64,000 nt of DNA from an uncultured Verrucomicrobiota bacterium (GCA_964478815.1 CAYZKY010000009.1:5182-69181); one strand, 5' to 3'; positions 40,137-50,381 are shown, counted from the stretch's first letter. The notes: generated by a model from the sequence alone, not told the origin. Translations and numbers: made by a program.

Positions 40137-41248
40137 GCGGTTGCGAGGGCTGGCTGGGGCCGCGGCAGGGCATTTTCCTGATAAATCTGCGCGAATATCT
40201 CGTCCATGATCCGGGCGGTCAGCACGATCTCACGATAAGGAATCGGCGGATCGCCCTTTATCCGTATACTCCAATAAAACTGATCGATCAACTCTTTCAT
40301 CCCGGCATCTTGGTGGAGCCGCCCCCGGACAAAGTCGGCCACATTCCGCACCCCGTTCCGCAGGTACTCCATTCCGGCCTTGATCGGCGGCACAAAATAC
40401 GCGAGGTAGCTTTTGTGCGAACCCGCCCGGTGCCGGACGATCGTGCCGCTCGAATGATCCACGATGAGAGAATTCTTCGGCCCGCAAATCCGCAACTGAT
40501 TCAAGCCGGGCTTGATCTGAGTGCTGAAACAGAGGAAAGCCGTGGTGCCATGACGGTCACGGATCATCACCCGCAATTCATCCAGGACATCCTGCCCGTT
40601 CATGGCCCTTAGCTTCGCGCTCTGCTGGGCGCTCGCAAAGACTTCCGTGATTTCGTCGTCGAGAAACTCCGCGAGCTTGGCGACCGGATGGCTGATGATG
40701 TTATGGAGCAATTGGCCGGGCAATTGTCTCACCCAGTGGTTTTTGCTCCCCAACACCGGCCCGATGTAGGTCGGATCGTCGAGGCCGTACGGAAAATGAC
40801 TCTCCACATGGACCGCCCGACCGCCAAGATACCCGCTTCGGACGAGCCGCCGCATCTCCAACATCTCGAGCGTGAACTGAAGATTGTGGCCGGCGGTGAT
40901 CCGTAAATCGCGACTTTCCGCCAATTGAACCAAACCGATCGCTTCCTCGGCGGTTACGGTAAACGGCTTCTCGAGGTACACATGACAACCCGCCTCGAGA
41001 CATTGCCGCCCCAGACTGAAGTGGCTCTGGGGAGGAGTCGTGATGTGGACTACGTCGGGCTTCTCGACGCGCAGCAACTCGCCGAGATCGGCATAGGCAC
41101 TCGAAAGGTTGAATCGCTCGGCCAATTGACGAGCCATCAGGAGCTCCCGGTCGCAGACAGCCACGACGCGCGCCGTTCGCAGGCGGTCGACCGCCTGCAC
41201 ATGCTGATCGGCAATCTTGCCGCAGCCGACAATCGCAACTCTAAGCAT
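40133..41248 (-). CDS. Gfo/Idh/MocA family oxidoreductase
   Basis: Start at ATG 41248 (MLRVAIVGCGKIADQH), an 8-nt overlap with the upstream gene. EKP motif (YLEKPF). Confidence 0.8.
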   Translation of the reverse strand: MLRVAIVGCGKIADQHVQAVDRLRTARVVAVCDRELLMARQLAERFNLSSAYADLGELLRVEKPDVVHITTPPQSHFSLGRQCLEAGCHVYLEKPFTVTAEEAIGLVQLAESRDLRITAGHNLQFTLEMLEMRRLVRSGYLGGRAVHVESHFPYGLDDPTYIGPVLGSKNHWVRQLPGQLLHNIISHPVAKLAEFLDDEITEVFASAQQSAKLRAMNGQDVLDELRVMIRDRHGTTAFLCFSTQIKPGLNQLRICGPKNSLIVDHSSGTIVRHRAGSHKSYLAYFVPPIKAGMEYLRNGVRNVADFVRGRLHQDAGMKELIDQFYWSIRIKGDPPIPYREIVLTARIMDEIFAQIYQENALPRPQPALATA

Positions 41249-42320
41249 GGGAATTGACAGGCTCGAATTGTCCCAGATAAGCGGCCAGCGCATCCTGCAT
41301 CGGCACCCGGGGTGCCCAGCCGAGACGTTCCTTCAATTTCTGGTTCGAATACAGGTTCCCTCCCCATTCGGATGCGCAGCGCCGGCGGTTGAAAACGGGT
41401 GGCAACTGCCCGCCCGAGAAGCGTGCATAGGCCTCCCAGGCTCCGCATAAAAGCCGGGTGCAAAAATAGGGAACCGGCAGGGCAAAAAATCGGCGGCGGC
41501 TGCGGTAAGCCCGCAGCAGTTCCCGGCTCGTCGGGAGATCGTCGTCCACGATATTGAAAATTTCGCCATCGATACCCGGAGCCAATCCAGCCAGGACGAT
41601 GGCCTCGGCGCAATTGTCCACGTAAGTCAGGGGAATGCGATTCGAACCGCCGAGATGGAGGAACACTCCGAAGGTATCGATTCCGACACGGCCGGTCAGC
41701 GCGGGCTTCCCGGGGCCAAACACCGATCCCGGGCGAAGGATGACGTAAGGCACTTTAAGCCGCGGCGCGTATTCCAGGACCACGTCATCCTGCTTGATCT
41801 TGCCGAAGCCGTAGGCATCGTGGCGATCGCGATACGCACGCTCGATCGGACAACCTTCATCCAGCACCGCTCCACGCGGCAGGTTGATGTTGGAGTACGC
41901 CGCAAAGGAACCGACATTTACGAATCGGCGGGCGAGGCCGGTGCCGCCGAACGCCTCCAGCAAATTCCGAGTGGCCAGCGCTGAATTCATGAAAGCGCCG
42001 GCGAACGACTTTTCAATCCCCGCAGCTAGATGATAGACTACCGAAACGCCTTCGACCGCCCTCCGGCAATCCTCGCGGGAAAGCAGGTCCCCTTGCACCA
42101 ACTCCACCTTGCTTTCGGCTCCGAGTCCCTTCAGCACGTCCTGCAGTCTTCCGAGGCGGCTGGAGGGGCGGACGAAGCAGCGCAGCCTCTCGAATCCCAT
42201 TCCAAGCAATACTTCGACCACTTTGGCCCCGATGAAGCCGCTTCCGCCAGTGACCAGAATGCGATCCTGCGGTGCCAGGATCTGGCCTCCTCTCCTCTGA
42301 CTACTCATCGGCCCTGCCAT
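41241..42320 (-). CDS. NAD-dependent epimerase/dehydratase (extended SDR)
   Basis: ILVTGGSGFIGAK Rossmann motif and YGFGK (YxxxK). Confidence 0.8.
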   Translation of the reverse strand: MAGPMSSQRRGGQILAPQDRILVTGGSGFIGAKVVEVLLGMGFERLRCFVRPSSRLGRLQDVLKGLGAESKVELVQGDLLSREDCRRAVEGVSVVYHLAAGIEKSFAGAFMNSALATRNLLEAFGGTGLARRFVNVGSFAAYSNINLPRGAVLDEGCPIERAYRDRHDAYGFGKIKQDDVVLEYAPRLKVPYVILRPGSVFGPGKPALTGRVGIDTFGVFLHLGGSNRIPLTYVDNCAEAIVLAGLAPGIDGEIFNIVDDDLPTSRELLRAYRSRRRFFALPVPYFCTRLLCGAWEAYARFSGGQLPPVFNRRRCASEWGGNLYSNQKLKERLGWAPRVPMQDALAAYLGQFEPVNSHA

Positions 42321-42322
42321 GG

Positions 42323-43747
42323 CTAGAATTGGAAATAAATGAATGGAGCGACTTCCGCAGCGGCAAATATGCTCAGCAAGACCGCTACCGAAGCATAAGC
42401 GCCGATTCGCACCGGCAGCGGACTCTGGGGAATTTCATGCGCCCAGTTGCGATCTTTGCGGATCGCGAGATGGGCGGCCACCACCACGGCCAGTGCCCCC
42501 AAAATCTGAGGGGCGACGAGACGCGTTCCGTCCGGAGCCATCGTCACCATGCGGTTGAGATACATCACCGCGGCATCCCAACTTTGAGCGCGGAAGAAAA
42601 TCCAGCCGACAAGCACGATGGAAAGCGTCGCAACGCGAGCACCGATGTTGGAGAGGAAGGCCAGCGCTGCGTTCGCCGATTCTGAAGCCTCACCCCGCCA
42701 TTGGCTCCAAAGGCGGTGAATGGCCAGGGCCACTCCATGCATGCCGCCCCAAAAGATGAAATTCCAACTCGCCCCGTGCCAAAGCCCGCACAATACCATC
42801 GTGATAAGCAGATTCACGTACGTTCGCACGGGACCTTTGCGGTTCCCCCCCAGCGGAATGTAAAGATAATCCCGAAACCAGGAAGAAAGCGAGATGTGCC
42901 AGCGGCGCCAGAATTCGGTGATGTTCACGGCGCTGTATGGCATCTGAAAATTTTCCATGAACCGGAAACCCATCATGCGCGCGCAACCGATCGCCATATC
43001 CGAGTATCCTGAGAAGTCGCAGTAAATCTGAATGGCGTATCCCAAAGCTCCGACGAGCAGCGTTATGCCATCGTAACGTCCGGGGTCTCTGAAGATCAAA
43101 TCCACCGACGAAGCGATTTGATCCGAAATTACCAGCTTTTTGACGGCCCCCAGGCAGAACTGCGCCAACCCTGTCTCAATATCGAACCAATTGGCCCGAA
43201 CTCGCTGCCCAAATTGCGGAAGCAAGTCTTTAGCGCGGTTAATCGGGCCGGCCAACAATTGGGGAAAGAACGCCGTGAAGAGCAGAAAATCGCGAGGACT
43301 ATGACAGACCGGGATCGAGCGCCGATAAGTCTCGATCGTGTAGGTCATGCTCTGAAAAGTGAAGAACGAAATCCCGGCGGGGAGGATAATATCGTAGTGC
43401 CACGGCCCTGCCGCTATCCCGAATGCGTTCAGCGCAGCCGCGGCATTCGCGAGAAAGAAGTTGGCGTACTTAAAGAAGGCCAGCACCCCGAGGTTGGCCA
43501 CGATGCTGATTACTAGCAGCCATTTGCGCTGCCGTTCGTCGCGCAGCTTCTCCAAACCCGCGCCCACGGCGTAATCCACCAGGGAAGTCGCGAGCAGCAA
43601 AAATCCGCACGGGACGCTCCAGCTCATGTAGAACGCGTAGCTGGCCACCAATAAGAAATTCTTCTCGATGGAGAAATCGCGGATAACGCTCCGCACACCC
43701 AGCGCAAAAATAAAAAAAAGGACAAATTCGAACGATGTAAAAATCAT
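42323..43747 (-). CDS. MBOAT family O-acyltransferase (AlgI/DltB-like)
   Basis: Polytopic, with the hallmark FWRRWHISLSSWFRDY containing the conserved His. Confidence 0.85.
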   Translation of the reverse strand: MIFTSFEFVLFFIFALGVRSVIRDFSIEKNFLLVASYAFYMSWSVPCGFLLLATSLVDYAVGAGLEKLRDERQRKWLLVISIVANLGVLAFFKYANFFLANAAAALNAFGIAAGPWHYDIILPAGISFFTFQSMTYTIETYRRSIPVCHSPRDFLLFTAFFPQLLAGPINRAKDLLPQFGQRVRANWFDIETGLAQFCLGAVKKLVISDQIASSVDLIFRDPGRYDGITLLVGALGYAIQIYCDFSGYSDMAIGCARMMGFRFMENFQMPYSAVNITEFWRRWHISLSSWFRDYLYIPLGGNRKGPVRTYVNLLITMVLCGLWHGASWNFIFWGGMHGVALAIHRLWSQWRGEASESANAALAFLSNIGARVATLSIVLVGWIFFRAQSWDAAVMYLNRMVTMAPDGTRLVAPQILGALAVVVAAHLAIRKDRNWAHEIPQSPLPVRIGAYASVAVLLSIFAAAEVAPFIYFQF

Positions 43748-44862
43748 TCGGAAATGGGCTTGGAATTCAGTTGTGCCAGGAAGGCCTCCGTCGCCAGTCG
43801 TCGCCCGGCGCTATTCAGATGAACCAGATCGCTGTAGTACTCGTTTGAAGCCAGCGTCGTGAGTCGGTCGAGGCGAATCAAAGTGATCCCTTGGTAATTG
43901 CGCTCGACCTCCTGCAGAAATTCCTCGAACGCCGCTTTGGCCGCAGGATCCGGAAACGCCTCGTAATAAGCCGGCGAAACCGGCATGACGGCGACGATGG
44001 TGCGTCCCGACTGGATCGCCCGCTTCATCATCCGATCGAAGGCCAGGCGCTTGGGCCCCTCAAAGGCATGCCGACCCTGAATGTGACTGTGCATCAGCGC
44101 TCCGCGGCGCAGCTTCTTGCCTGCCGGCCAATCGCTGACTTTCTCCTTATCTTCCCCGAATTGCAGCACTGAACCGGGCAGCACCACTCCGCCCAGCGCG
44201 CGGTCATCGGCGCTCCCTCGGGCCGGCCGCAATTCGCGGAGCTTTTTGCGGAGACCGACCAACACGGCGTCAGACCGGGCCGCCGTGGGAAAAGCCTGGC
44301 GAAGATAGGCGAGCGGATACTGGCTCAACAAGCGTTTCGAAAACTCCCAACTCGAACCCGAGTTCCAAAGGTCGGAGATAGTTCGGAGAAGCGGCACCAA
44401 ATCCGCCCGGGCTTCGCAAAGATGATACTCGTTCAGGTCGTAGATCGACACGCCGATGATCGCCCCTTCGGGCTTGGCCGGGAAGGATTGGAACACTTCC
44501 CACTCGCTCGGAGTAGAGCCGCCCACTCCCCAGCATTCGATCCCCTGCCCAAGCACTGGCCACAATTGCGGCCAGTCGAGCCCGAACTGAAGCAATGATG
44601 AACCGGCGGCGAATAACTGCCCGCCCGTCTCGGGACCGATCCGCCGATAGGTCGGGGTGCCGCGCGACAGCGACACCCAAGCCGCGATCCCATGACTCAG
44701 CACGGATGCGATCAGCACCGCCGAGAAGACAGCCAGCGCGAAGGTTTGGAAGGTGCGGCGATTGGAAACGCTTGAATCTCCCGCCCGGGGTCCAAGCTGC
44801 TTCTTCAAGGAAGAAGGAGCAATCGATGGATCGTTTTCCAGACTCGGTTGGCCTGCTGGCAT
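43744..44862 (-). CDS. SGNH/DltD/AlgJ-like partner of the MBOAT acyltransferase
   Basis: N-terminal TM anchor. C-terminal SDLVHLNSAG (DxxH catalytic-dyad-like). 4-nt overlap with the MBOAT gene. Confidence 0.5.
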   Translation of the reverse strand: MPAGQPSLENDPSIAPSSLKKQLGPRAGDSSVSNRRTFQTFALAVFSAVLIASVLSHGIAAWVSLSRGTPTYRRIGPETGGQLFAAGSSLLQFGLDWPQLWPVLGQGIECWGVGGSTPSEWEVFQSFPAKPEGAIIGVSIYDLNEYHLCEARADLVPLLRTISDLWNSGSSWEFSKRLLSQYPLAYLRQAFPTAARSDAVLVGLRKKLRELRPARGSADDRALGGVVLPGSVLQFGEDKEKVSDWPAGKKLRRGALMHSHIQGRHAFEGPKRLAFDRMMKRAIQSGRTIVAVMPVSPAYYEAFPDPAAKAAFEEFLQEVERNYQGITLIRLDRLTTLASNEYYSDLVHLNSAGRRLATEAFLAQLNSKPISE

Positions 44863-44926
44863 AGTGCGTGTCGAAACGAGTCACCCTGAACGAAGCGGGC
44901 TGGCTCGATCAGGGTTGACCTTCGCG

Positions 44927-44952
44927 AAGCCGGCAGGAATTGCCGCCGGCTT
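44927..44952 (-). promoter_or_regulatory. GC-rich stem-loop in the 127-bp gap after the beta-helix gene (attenuator or processing site?)
   Basis: aagccggc...gccggctt, an 8-bp perfect stem with additional inner pairs. No T-tract follows on either strand. Confidence 0.35.
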
Positions 44953-44989
44953 GCGTTACCTTAATGAAGATCCCCGGCCCGGAGAGGGC

Positions 44990-46612
44990 TTACTTGGAAA
45001 CTCGCAGATTGGTCGGGGGATCGATACTCGGAAGAGTCGCGCTTTGGTCGACCAACGGATGCGGGAAGATCAATGGGGCATACCCCGGCTTGGTCGTATC
45101 GTTCAGAAAATCGGTTCCTTCGCGAATCGTCGTGAACTTCGTGATGACCTGCCCATTCTGGCCATTGATCCAATTTCCCCACTCATAAATCGGCTCGAGA
45201 ACCTGATTCAGCCAGCGCGGTTGCGGGGCTTGCCCCGATAGCAGATCACCTGTCGAACGACCGCATTGATCGATGAGGGCGAGAACCTTCACGATGCGAT
45301 ACTGGTCGCCCACGTTGAAGGCCATCATCGCGGATTGCGCGGCGACGGTGTAATAGATGGAATCGGTCGTGTTCGAGGTAATGCAACTGAACCGTTCCGC
45401 GTTCAGATTTCGCAGCGTAAATCCGGCCCACTGGTTCGGAGTCCATTGCGCGCCTTCCACTCGCAGGAATTTGGCGTTCGCGGTTCCGTTGTGGGTCCCT
45501 TCCGCGTAGATTCTTGGGTCATTCAGATCCCACCCGGAAGTCCCATCCGCTCCTGGCCAATCCGGAAAATGATCGGTCGCCCGATAGTTGATGACTTGCG
45601 CAAAATTGCGAAAATTTCCGGTCACGGTATTGCTCCACACCACGCCCGTCCCGCTTCGCCAGTGAATCGCTTCCGAAGCGCCACCCGCGGTGCTGTCGAC
45701 GAACTCGTTCTTATACAATTCAAAACTCCGCGTGCCGCGGTAACGCGAGGTGCTTTCCGTTCCATGCACACCCACGATGCAATCGCGCAGCCGGTTGTGC
45801 CGAAAGACCCAGCGGGCACCGCCGTAGGAATCCAGCACGGCCGGATGATTCCCCCCGGGAGCGGTGAAGAAGTTGCTCTCGATGTAAACCGCGTTCGTGC
45901 TGCCCCAATCGACCGGCTCAGCCCAGGAACCGTCCCCCCAAGAATGCCCACCCCACGTCCGATGAAAAACGGCCAGACCCTGTTGCCGATCCAGATCGAA
46001 CACGCAGTTGTCGATGACCCCGACGGCCGCATCCACGATGTAAATCGCTCGATTCTTCAGCATTGAAAACCGGCAATTGTCGATCCGGAACGTTTTCGTG
46101 CTTCCCGTAACCCGAACGGCTCCGCCTGAATACACCGGACTCCTCGTGCTGCCGTTTCGAATCTCCAGTCCGGACAACCGGTACAGTCGTCCGGGCACCG
46201 TCGCAAACGCAAATACCGCTTGCTGATCGTTTTGCGTGCCCGTCACGTTGTCCAAAATGATCGTTTTGTCGAGACCGGCGCCTCGAACCGTAATCCCCTT
46301 GTTGATGATGAGCGCCGTGGTCCATGTCGAGGTTCCCTCCGGAATTTCCACCGTGTCTCCATCCCGGGCCAATGCCACCGCACTCCCTACATGTTCGCGA
46401 GAAGTGCTTGCGGCGGCAATCGTAGCCGCCGTGTTGTCGGCAGCGGAAAAGACCAAAGCCACCAGCATCAATGCGCTCCAGCTCGGAATGCGCGCGGAAA
46501 TACGCCTGAAAATTCCCAGCCGGCGGGAGTCGCCGCGGGGCATCAGGCAAAAACGAGACTCAAACATCATAGGCAACATCGCGAAGCAAGGAGTATGCCA
46601 CACCATCGCCAA
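44990..46612 (-). CDS. secreted right-handed beta-helix protein (pectate-lyase-fold; candidate polysaccharide lyase/depolymerase)
   Basis: Signal-like region ...RRISARIPSWSALMLVALVFSAA, so the likely true start is ATG 46543. Repeated NxxF/I coils (IDNCRFSML, IDNCVFDLD). Confidence 0.6.
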   Translation of the reverse strand: MAMVWHTPCFAMLPMMFESRFCLMPRGDSRRLGIFRRISARIPSWSALMLVALVFSAADNTAATIAAASTSREHVGSAVALARDGDTVEIPEGTSTWTTALIINKGITVRGAGLDKTIILDNVTGTQNDQQAVFAFATVPGRLYRLSGLEIRNGSTRSPVYSGGAVRVTGSTKTFRIDNCRFSMLKNRAIYIVDAAVGVIDNCVFDLDRQQGLAVFHRTWGGHSWGDGSWAEPVDWGSTNAVYIESNFFTAPGGNHPAVLDSYGGARWVFRHNRLRDCIVGVHGTESTSRYRGTRSFELYKNEFVDSTAGGASEAIHWRSGTGVVWSNTVTGNFRNFAQVINYRATDHFPDWPGADGTSGWDLNDPRIYAEGTHNGTANAKFLRVEGAQWTPNQWAGFTLRNLNAERFSCITSNTTDSIYYTVAAQSAMMAFNVGDQYRIVKVLALIDQCGRSTGDLLSGQAPQPRWLNQVLEPIYEWGNWINGQNGQVITKFTTIREGTDFLNDTTKPGYAPLIFPHPLVDQSATLPSIDPPTNLRVSK

Positions 46613-46631
46613 GAATCCACCAATCTAAATC

Positions 46632-48017
46632 TCAAGCCGGCGCCCAGGACAGCGATCGTTGCGATTCCGCCGTCTCGGTCTCCGTCTGTTCGTCCGAAGC
46701 TTCCACCACCTCGCGCCGCGGATAATCCAGGGCGATCAGGAAGAACATGAACCACACCAGGTGCAATCCCTTAAACCCGGCTTCGGTCCAGTTATACACG
46801 ATAAAAGTGAGTAAAAGCGCGAGCCTCCAACGGGCGGTCAAGGGGTCCGACCAGAGCTGGCGTCGCCCTTTCCGAAACGTGACCATCAGCAATCCAAGCA
46901 GCAGGAACAACCCGATCCCACCCAGATTTAGGAAGGTCTCCAAGTATCCGTTGTGGGCCTGCGTCGGCTTCCACCAATAGATGTCCGCCAAGGCCTGGCT
47001 GCGATACCCCAGCCAGAAGCTCTCGAACCCGATGCCCACCACCGGATTTCCCCGAAGTTCCCAAACGTAGCCCCACAGGTCGGTGCGCCCGGTGAGCGTG
47101 GCGTCCTTGCCCAGCGCATGAAACACCGGAACGAAAATATCGAACATCACATGGGCCAGAAGGATCATGGAAAGCAGCGCCACAACCACCGGCCCCGTCG
47201 CTTTTCGCTGGATGGACTGAAAACCGAGCAAAAGCATGATCGTAATGCCCAGCGACGCACAGATGATCCCCGTGGAACTGGGCGCGAGCTTGAACAGATA
47301 AGCGATCATGACGAGGAAGAAAACGCTCAACCAAATCTCACGGCGCCGCTCGCGCCCCGGCGGCAGTTGGCGCGCGCGGATCCAGTTCCAAGCCAGAAAC
47401 ATGGTGAGGATCATCAAATCGTATCCCAAACTGTTTTTGTTCCCGGCCACACCGGTGTTTTGGGCCATTCCATTCCATTCCGAGAACGTGCGGCCGATAT
47501 GCGGAAAATACTTGATCAGGACAATCGACAACGGCACCACCACGTACGTCGCTCGCTTTAGCAGCAGCACCAGGGCATTTACCGGATTCAATTCGGTCAA
47601 CACCAACAAGGCCATCACGGGGTGCCCCAAGCCCTTGATCCATCGCTTGAACGACACAAAGGGAAAGTCCGACCACACAATCGCGAGGAGGCAGTATCCC
47701 AAATAAAGCGCGAACCATCGATTCTGACTGAGGATCGTGGCAAAGCGAACCCCCCGCCGGGACAGCTCCCTGATCCCCAGCATCGTCATGGTAAAATAAA
47801 TCGTCGCGTCGACCGCGCTCCCCTCCTCGATCGAGGTTCCGCCGACGTTAATGCCGGCGAAAGCCAGCCATTGGGTGACGGCCCGGCTCGAAATGATGAG
47901 CAGCCAGCATAATGGCAGGGCGATGGCCCAGCTTATGCCCTGGCTTTTCCGATCATCGCGCCAGAACAGATAAGCGATGAAGAGGAAGCAGAGGAATAAC
48001 GGAACGATGGGAGGCAT
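46632..48017 (-). CDS. O-antigen ligase/Wzy-like polymerase family protein
   Basis: About 11 TM helices with a Wzy_C-like loop ...AHNGYLETFLNLGGIG. Confidence 0.75.
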   Translation of the reverse strand: MPPIVPLFLCFLFIAYLFWRDDRKSQGISWAIALPLCWLLIISSRAVTQWLAFAGINVGGTSIEEGSAVDATIYFTMTMLGIRELSRRGVRFATILSQNRWFALYLGYCLLAIVWSDFPFVSFKRWIKGLGHPVMALLVLTELNPVNALVLLLKRATYVVVPLSIVLIKYFPHIGRTFSEWNGMAQNTGVAGNKNSLGYDLMILTMFLAWNWIRARQLPPGRERRREIWLSVFFLVMIAYLFKLAPSSTGIICASLGITIMLLLGFQSIQRKATGPVVVALLSMILLAHVMFDIFVPVFHALGKDATLTGRTDLWGYVWELRGNPVVGIGFESFWLGYRSQALADIYWWKPTQAHNGYLETFLNLGGIGLFLLLGLLMVTFRKGRRQLWSDPLTARWRLALLLTFIVYNWTEAGFKGLHLVWFMFFLIALDYPRREVVEASDEQTETETAESQRSLSWAPA

Positions 48018-48056
48018 CCTGCTAGAATCTCAGAAGCTCGGTTCGATCCATATCCC

Positions 48057-49577
48057 TTAAGGGACCGGCACCGGGCATTTGAACTCGAAAGCCTTGGGCT
48101 CGCTGCGAAGCCCGAGCTCGGCGGGATCGATCCGCCGGTCGAAATCGGCACGCTGGCCCGAGAGGATCGCCTCGGCCGCCTCGATCCCGGCAAGGCTGGC
48201 GAAATCGGTTTCGGTGCGGGCGATGAAATAGAGGTTCTCGAACGGCTTGAGCTCGTTCAGCAAGGCCATGCGAGCCGGATTCATCCAGTTGTCCCGATTC
48301 TGGGAGGCGTCCGCGCCGGGCAGGCGCAGCACGAGCGTGTCGTAAACCTTGGTCCGATCGATCAGTTTCGAGCGATGGCAATACTCGATCGTCTTCTCGA
48401 TAAACTGTTGATCGTTTTCTTGGATCAGCGGCTCTTCGTCGTAGCAAAAATACTCGCAACAGATGCAACTTTTGCCCTCCGGCACCATCCGCCCATTGAA
48501 ATTCGAGTAGTTCGTAATGCGCCCGATTCGCGTATCCGGGCAGGTCACGTTCAGCCAGGCTTGCGGGAACATCGACGGGCTGTTCTGGAACAGGTAAACG
48601 AGGATCGACGTCCGTTTCCGGAACACGGACGACTTTTTGGGATCCGGCTTCTTGCCGAGGACGGACTGCGCCAGCAACTCCAACGGAATGCTCGACGCGA
48701 GGTATTGCGGCTTGAATTCGATGGCTTCGCCGCCGATCTCCGCCGTGACGGCTTCCACCCCATTCGGCCTGGTCTTGATTCCGGTGACCTTGACGCTGTT
48801 GAAAATCCGGCCGCCGTGCTCGGTGATGCCCTTCGCCAGCGCATCCATGATCTGGCCGGTTCCCTCCGCCGGGTGCCGCCAGATGCCCTTGTACGTATTG
48901 ACCTCCTTCTTCGAGAAGGTTCGTTCGAACGCCGCTTTCATCGTCGCGGCCAGACTCCGGTCATCGCCGTTCGTGTGATTGTCCGGAACCGGAATGTCGG
49001 CCCACCGCCGGCCGAGCAATTTCTCCTGAAAGGCTTGCGAAAACACGCGCGTCGTGCGGAGCCCGCGCTTCTGATAAAAATATTCTTCGACGTTGCGGGG
49101 TTTGGCTCCGTTGCGCAACACCTGCGCCTTGGCGAAATCGACCACGCAGCCCAGGAACATTCCCCAAGGGAGGCCCCGACGCGCGCCTTGGAATGCCGGG
49201 GACTGATCGAAAATTACTCCCTTGTAGAGAATGCCTCCCCGATGCGGATACTCGCGATAATCGGACCCGAGCAGCTCGCTCCAGAACGCATCTACTTTGG
49301 CCAGGCGATTATACAGCTCCTTGCGGCCGACATCGATGGTAAAGTCCTTGTGGTGCAGGGAGCGCATCAGCCCGCCGGAGAACTTGTCGCGCTCGAGCAG
49401 AACGGGCTTCAGGCCGGCCTTGGCCAGCACATAACCAGCCGAGAGGCCGGAGGGACCGGCGCCCAGCACGAGGGTATGCACGGATTCGCTTTTCATGTCT
49501 GATTTAATCATCGGCGGAGCCTTCCGGGCGCCGCCCACTTGCCTATTCTCTCGGATCGAAGCGCTGAAGTTCCCCAA
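48057..49577 (-). CDS. FAD/NAD(P)-binding oxidoreductase (amine-oxidase/UDP-galactopyranose-mutase-like fold)
   Basis: VLGAGPSGLSAG dinucleotide motif followed by ERDKFSGG. The alternative start ATG 49511 (MIKSDMK...) is likelier. Confidence 0.65.
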   Translation of the reverse strand: MGNFSASIRENRQVGGARKAPPMIKSDMKSESVHTLVLGAGPSGLSAGYVLAKAGLKPVLLERDKFSGGLMRSLHHKDFTIDVGRKELYNRLAKVDAFWSELLGSDYREYPHRGGILYKGVIFDQSPAFQGARRGLPWGMFLGCVVDFAKAQVLRNGAKPRNVEEYFYQKRGLRTTRVFSQAFQEKLLGRRWADIPVPDNHTNGDDRSLAATMKAAFERTFSKKEVNTYKGIWRHPAEGTGQIMDALAKGITEHGGRIFNSVKVTGIKTRPNGVEAVTAEIGGEAIEFKPQYLASSIPLELLAQSVLGKKPDPKKSSVFRKRTSILVYLFQNSPSMFPQAWLNVTCPDTRIGRITNYSNFNGRMVPEGKSCICCEYFCYDEEPLIQENDQQFIEKTIEYCHRSKLIDRTKVYDTLVLRLPGADASQNRDNWMNPARMALLNELKPFENLYFIARTETDFASLAGIEAAEAILSGQRADFDRRIDPAELGLRSEPKAFEFKCPVPVP

Positions 49578-49625
49578 CTAAAATTGGCCATCAACACCCG
49601 CTGATTGGCAATTGGCGGGATTCGA

Positions 49626-50378
49626 TCAATTCGCCCGCCATCCCTTCCAGCCGTCGATGCCGGCATTGTCGACCTTGATCTGGTTGGATTTTTCCACGGC
49701 GTCCAAAATGCCCGAAGTGAAATTCTGCTTGAGGATGCGAATATTGGGCATCACGCAATGCCCCCCAATCACCCCGGGGAAGTATTTGACCGGCGGGAAG
49801 AAACCGATCTCCTCGTAAAAGGAGATGACGTCGTCGTAATTCGCGCCGACGGCTTGGCAATACCGCTCCACCTCCTGCGCCCAGGCAATCATGACTCCGA
49901 AATAGGTCGTCTCGGTGAGCTTGGCCAGCTCCGCTGCTTCCGGCGTGCCCACGACCCGGGTCTTCATCCCCACCGTGGCAAAATGCTCCGCGGCACGCTG
50001 GCCGACCTCCAAGGTCATGCCCCCCACGAACTTCACGTAATGCATCATGTCCTGCTGCATCTTGGCGTGCTTGCCGCGCACCGGGCTGTAGGCGAGCGCC
50101 GTGGTCCCCGCCTTTTGCGAAATGCGCCGGGTGGTGCCGGGGCCGACGGTGCTATTGATAATCGTCAACTGGGGTTTGTACTTTTCGATGTAACGCGCCA
50201 CCTCGGTCACGAATCTGGCGTCCTCCAAGTACGGGAAGCACACATGCATGATCTCGCACTGGGGTATATCCGCCACCGGCTGAATATCCACCCCATGCGT
50301 CTCATGTTTCGTCCGCAGAATTTCGCGCAGCGGACCGCCCACTTCCCCAAGACCGACAATCAAGACTTTTGTTCCCAT
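49626..50378 (-). CDS. short nucleotide-sugar-dehydrogenase-like protein (NAD-binding plus central domain only)
   Basis: MGTKVLIVGLGEVGG Rossmann start and a GVIGGHCVMPN segment resembling the catalytic-Cys motif of the UDP-glucose/GDP-mannose dehydrogenase family. At 250 aa it lacks the C-terminal domain. Confidence 0.5.
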   Translation of the reverse strand: MGTKVLIVGLGEVGGPLREILRTKHETHGVDIQPVADIPQCEIMHVCFPYLEDARFVTEVARYIEKYKPQLTIINSTVGPGTTRRISQKAGTTALAYSPVRGKHAKMQQDMMHYVKFVGGMTLEVGQRAAEHFATVGMKTRVVGTPEAAELAKLTETTYFGVMIAWAQEVERYCQAVGANYDDVISFYEEIGFFPPVKYFPGVIGGHCVMPNIRILKQNFTSGILDAVEKSNQIKVDNAGIDGWKGWRAN

Positions 50379-50381
50379 ACC

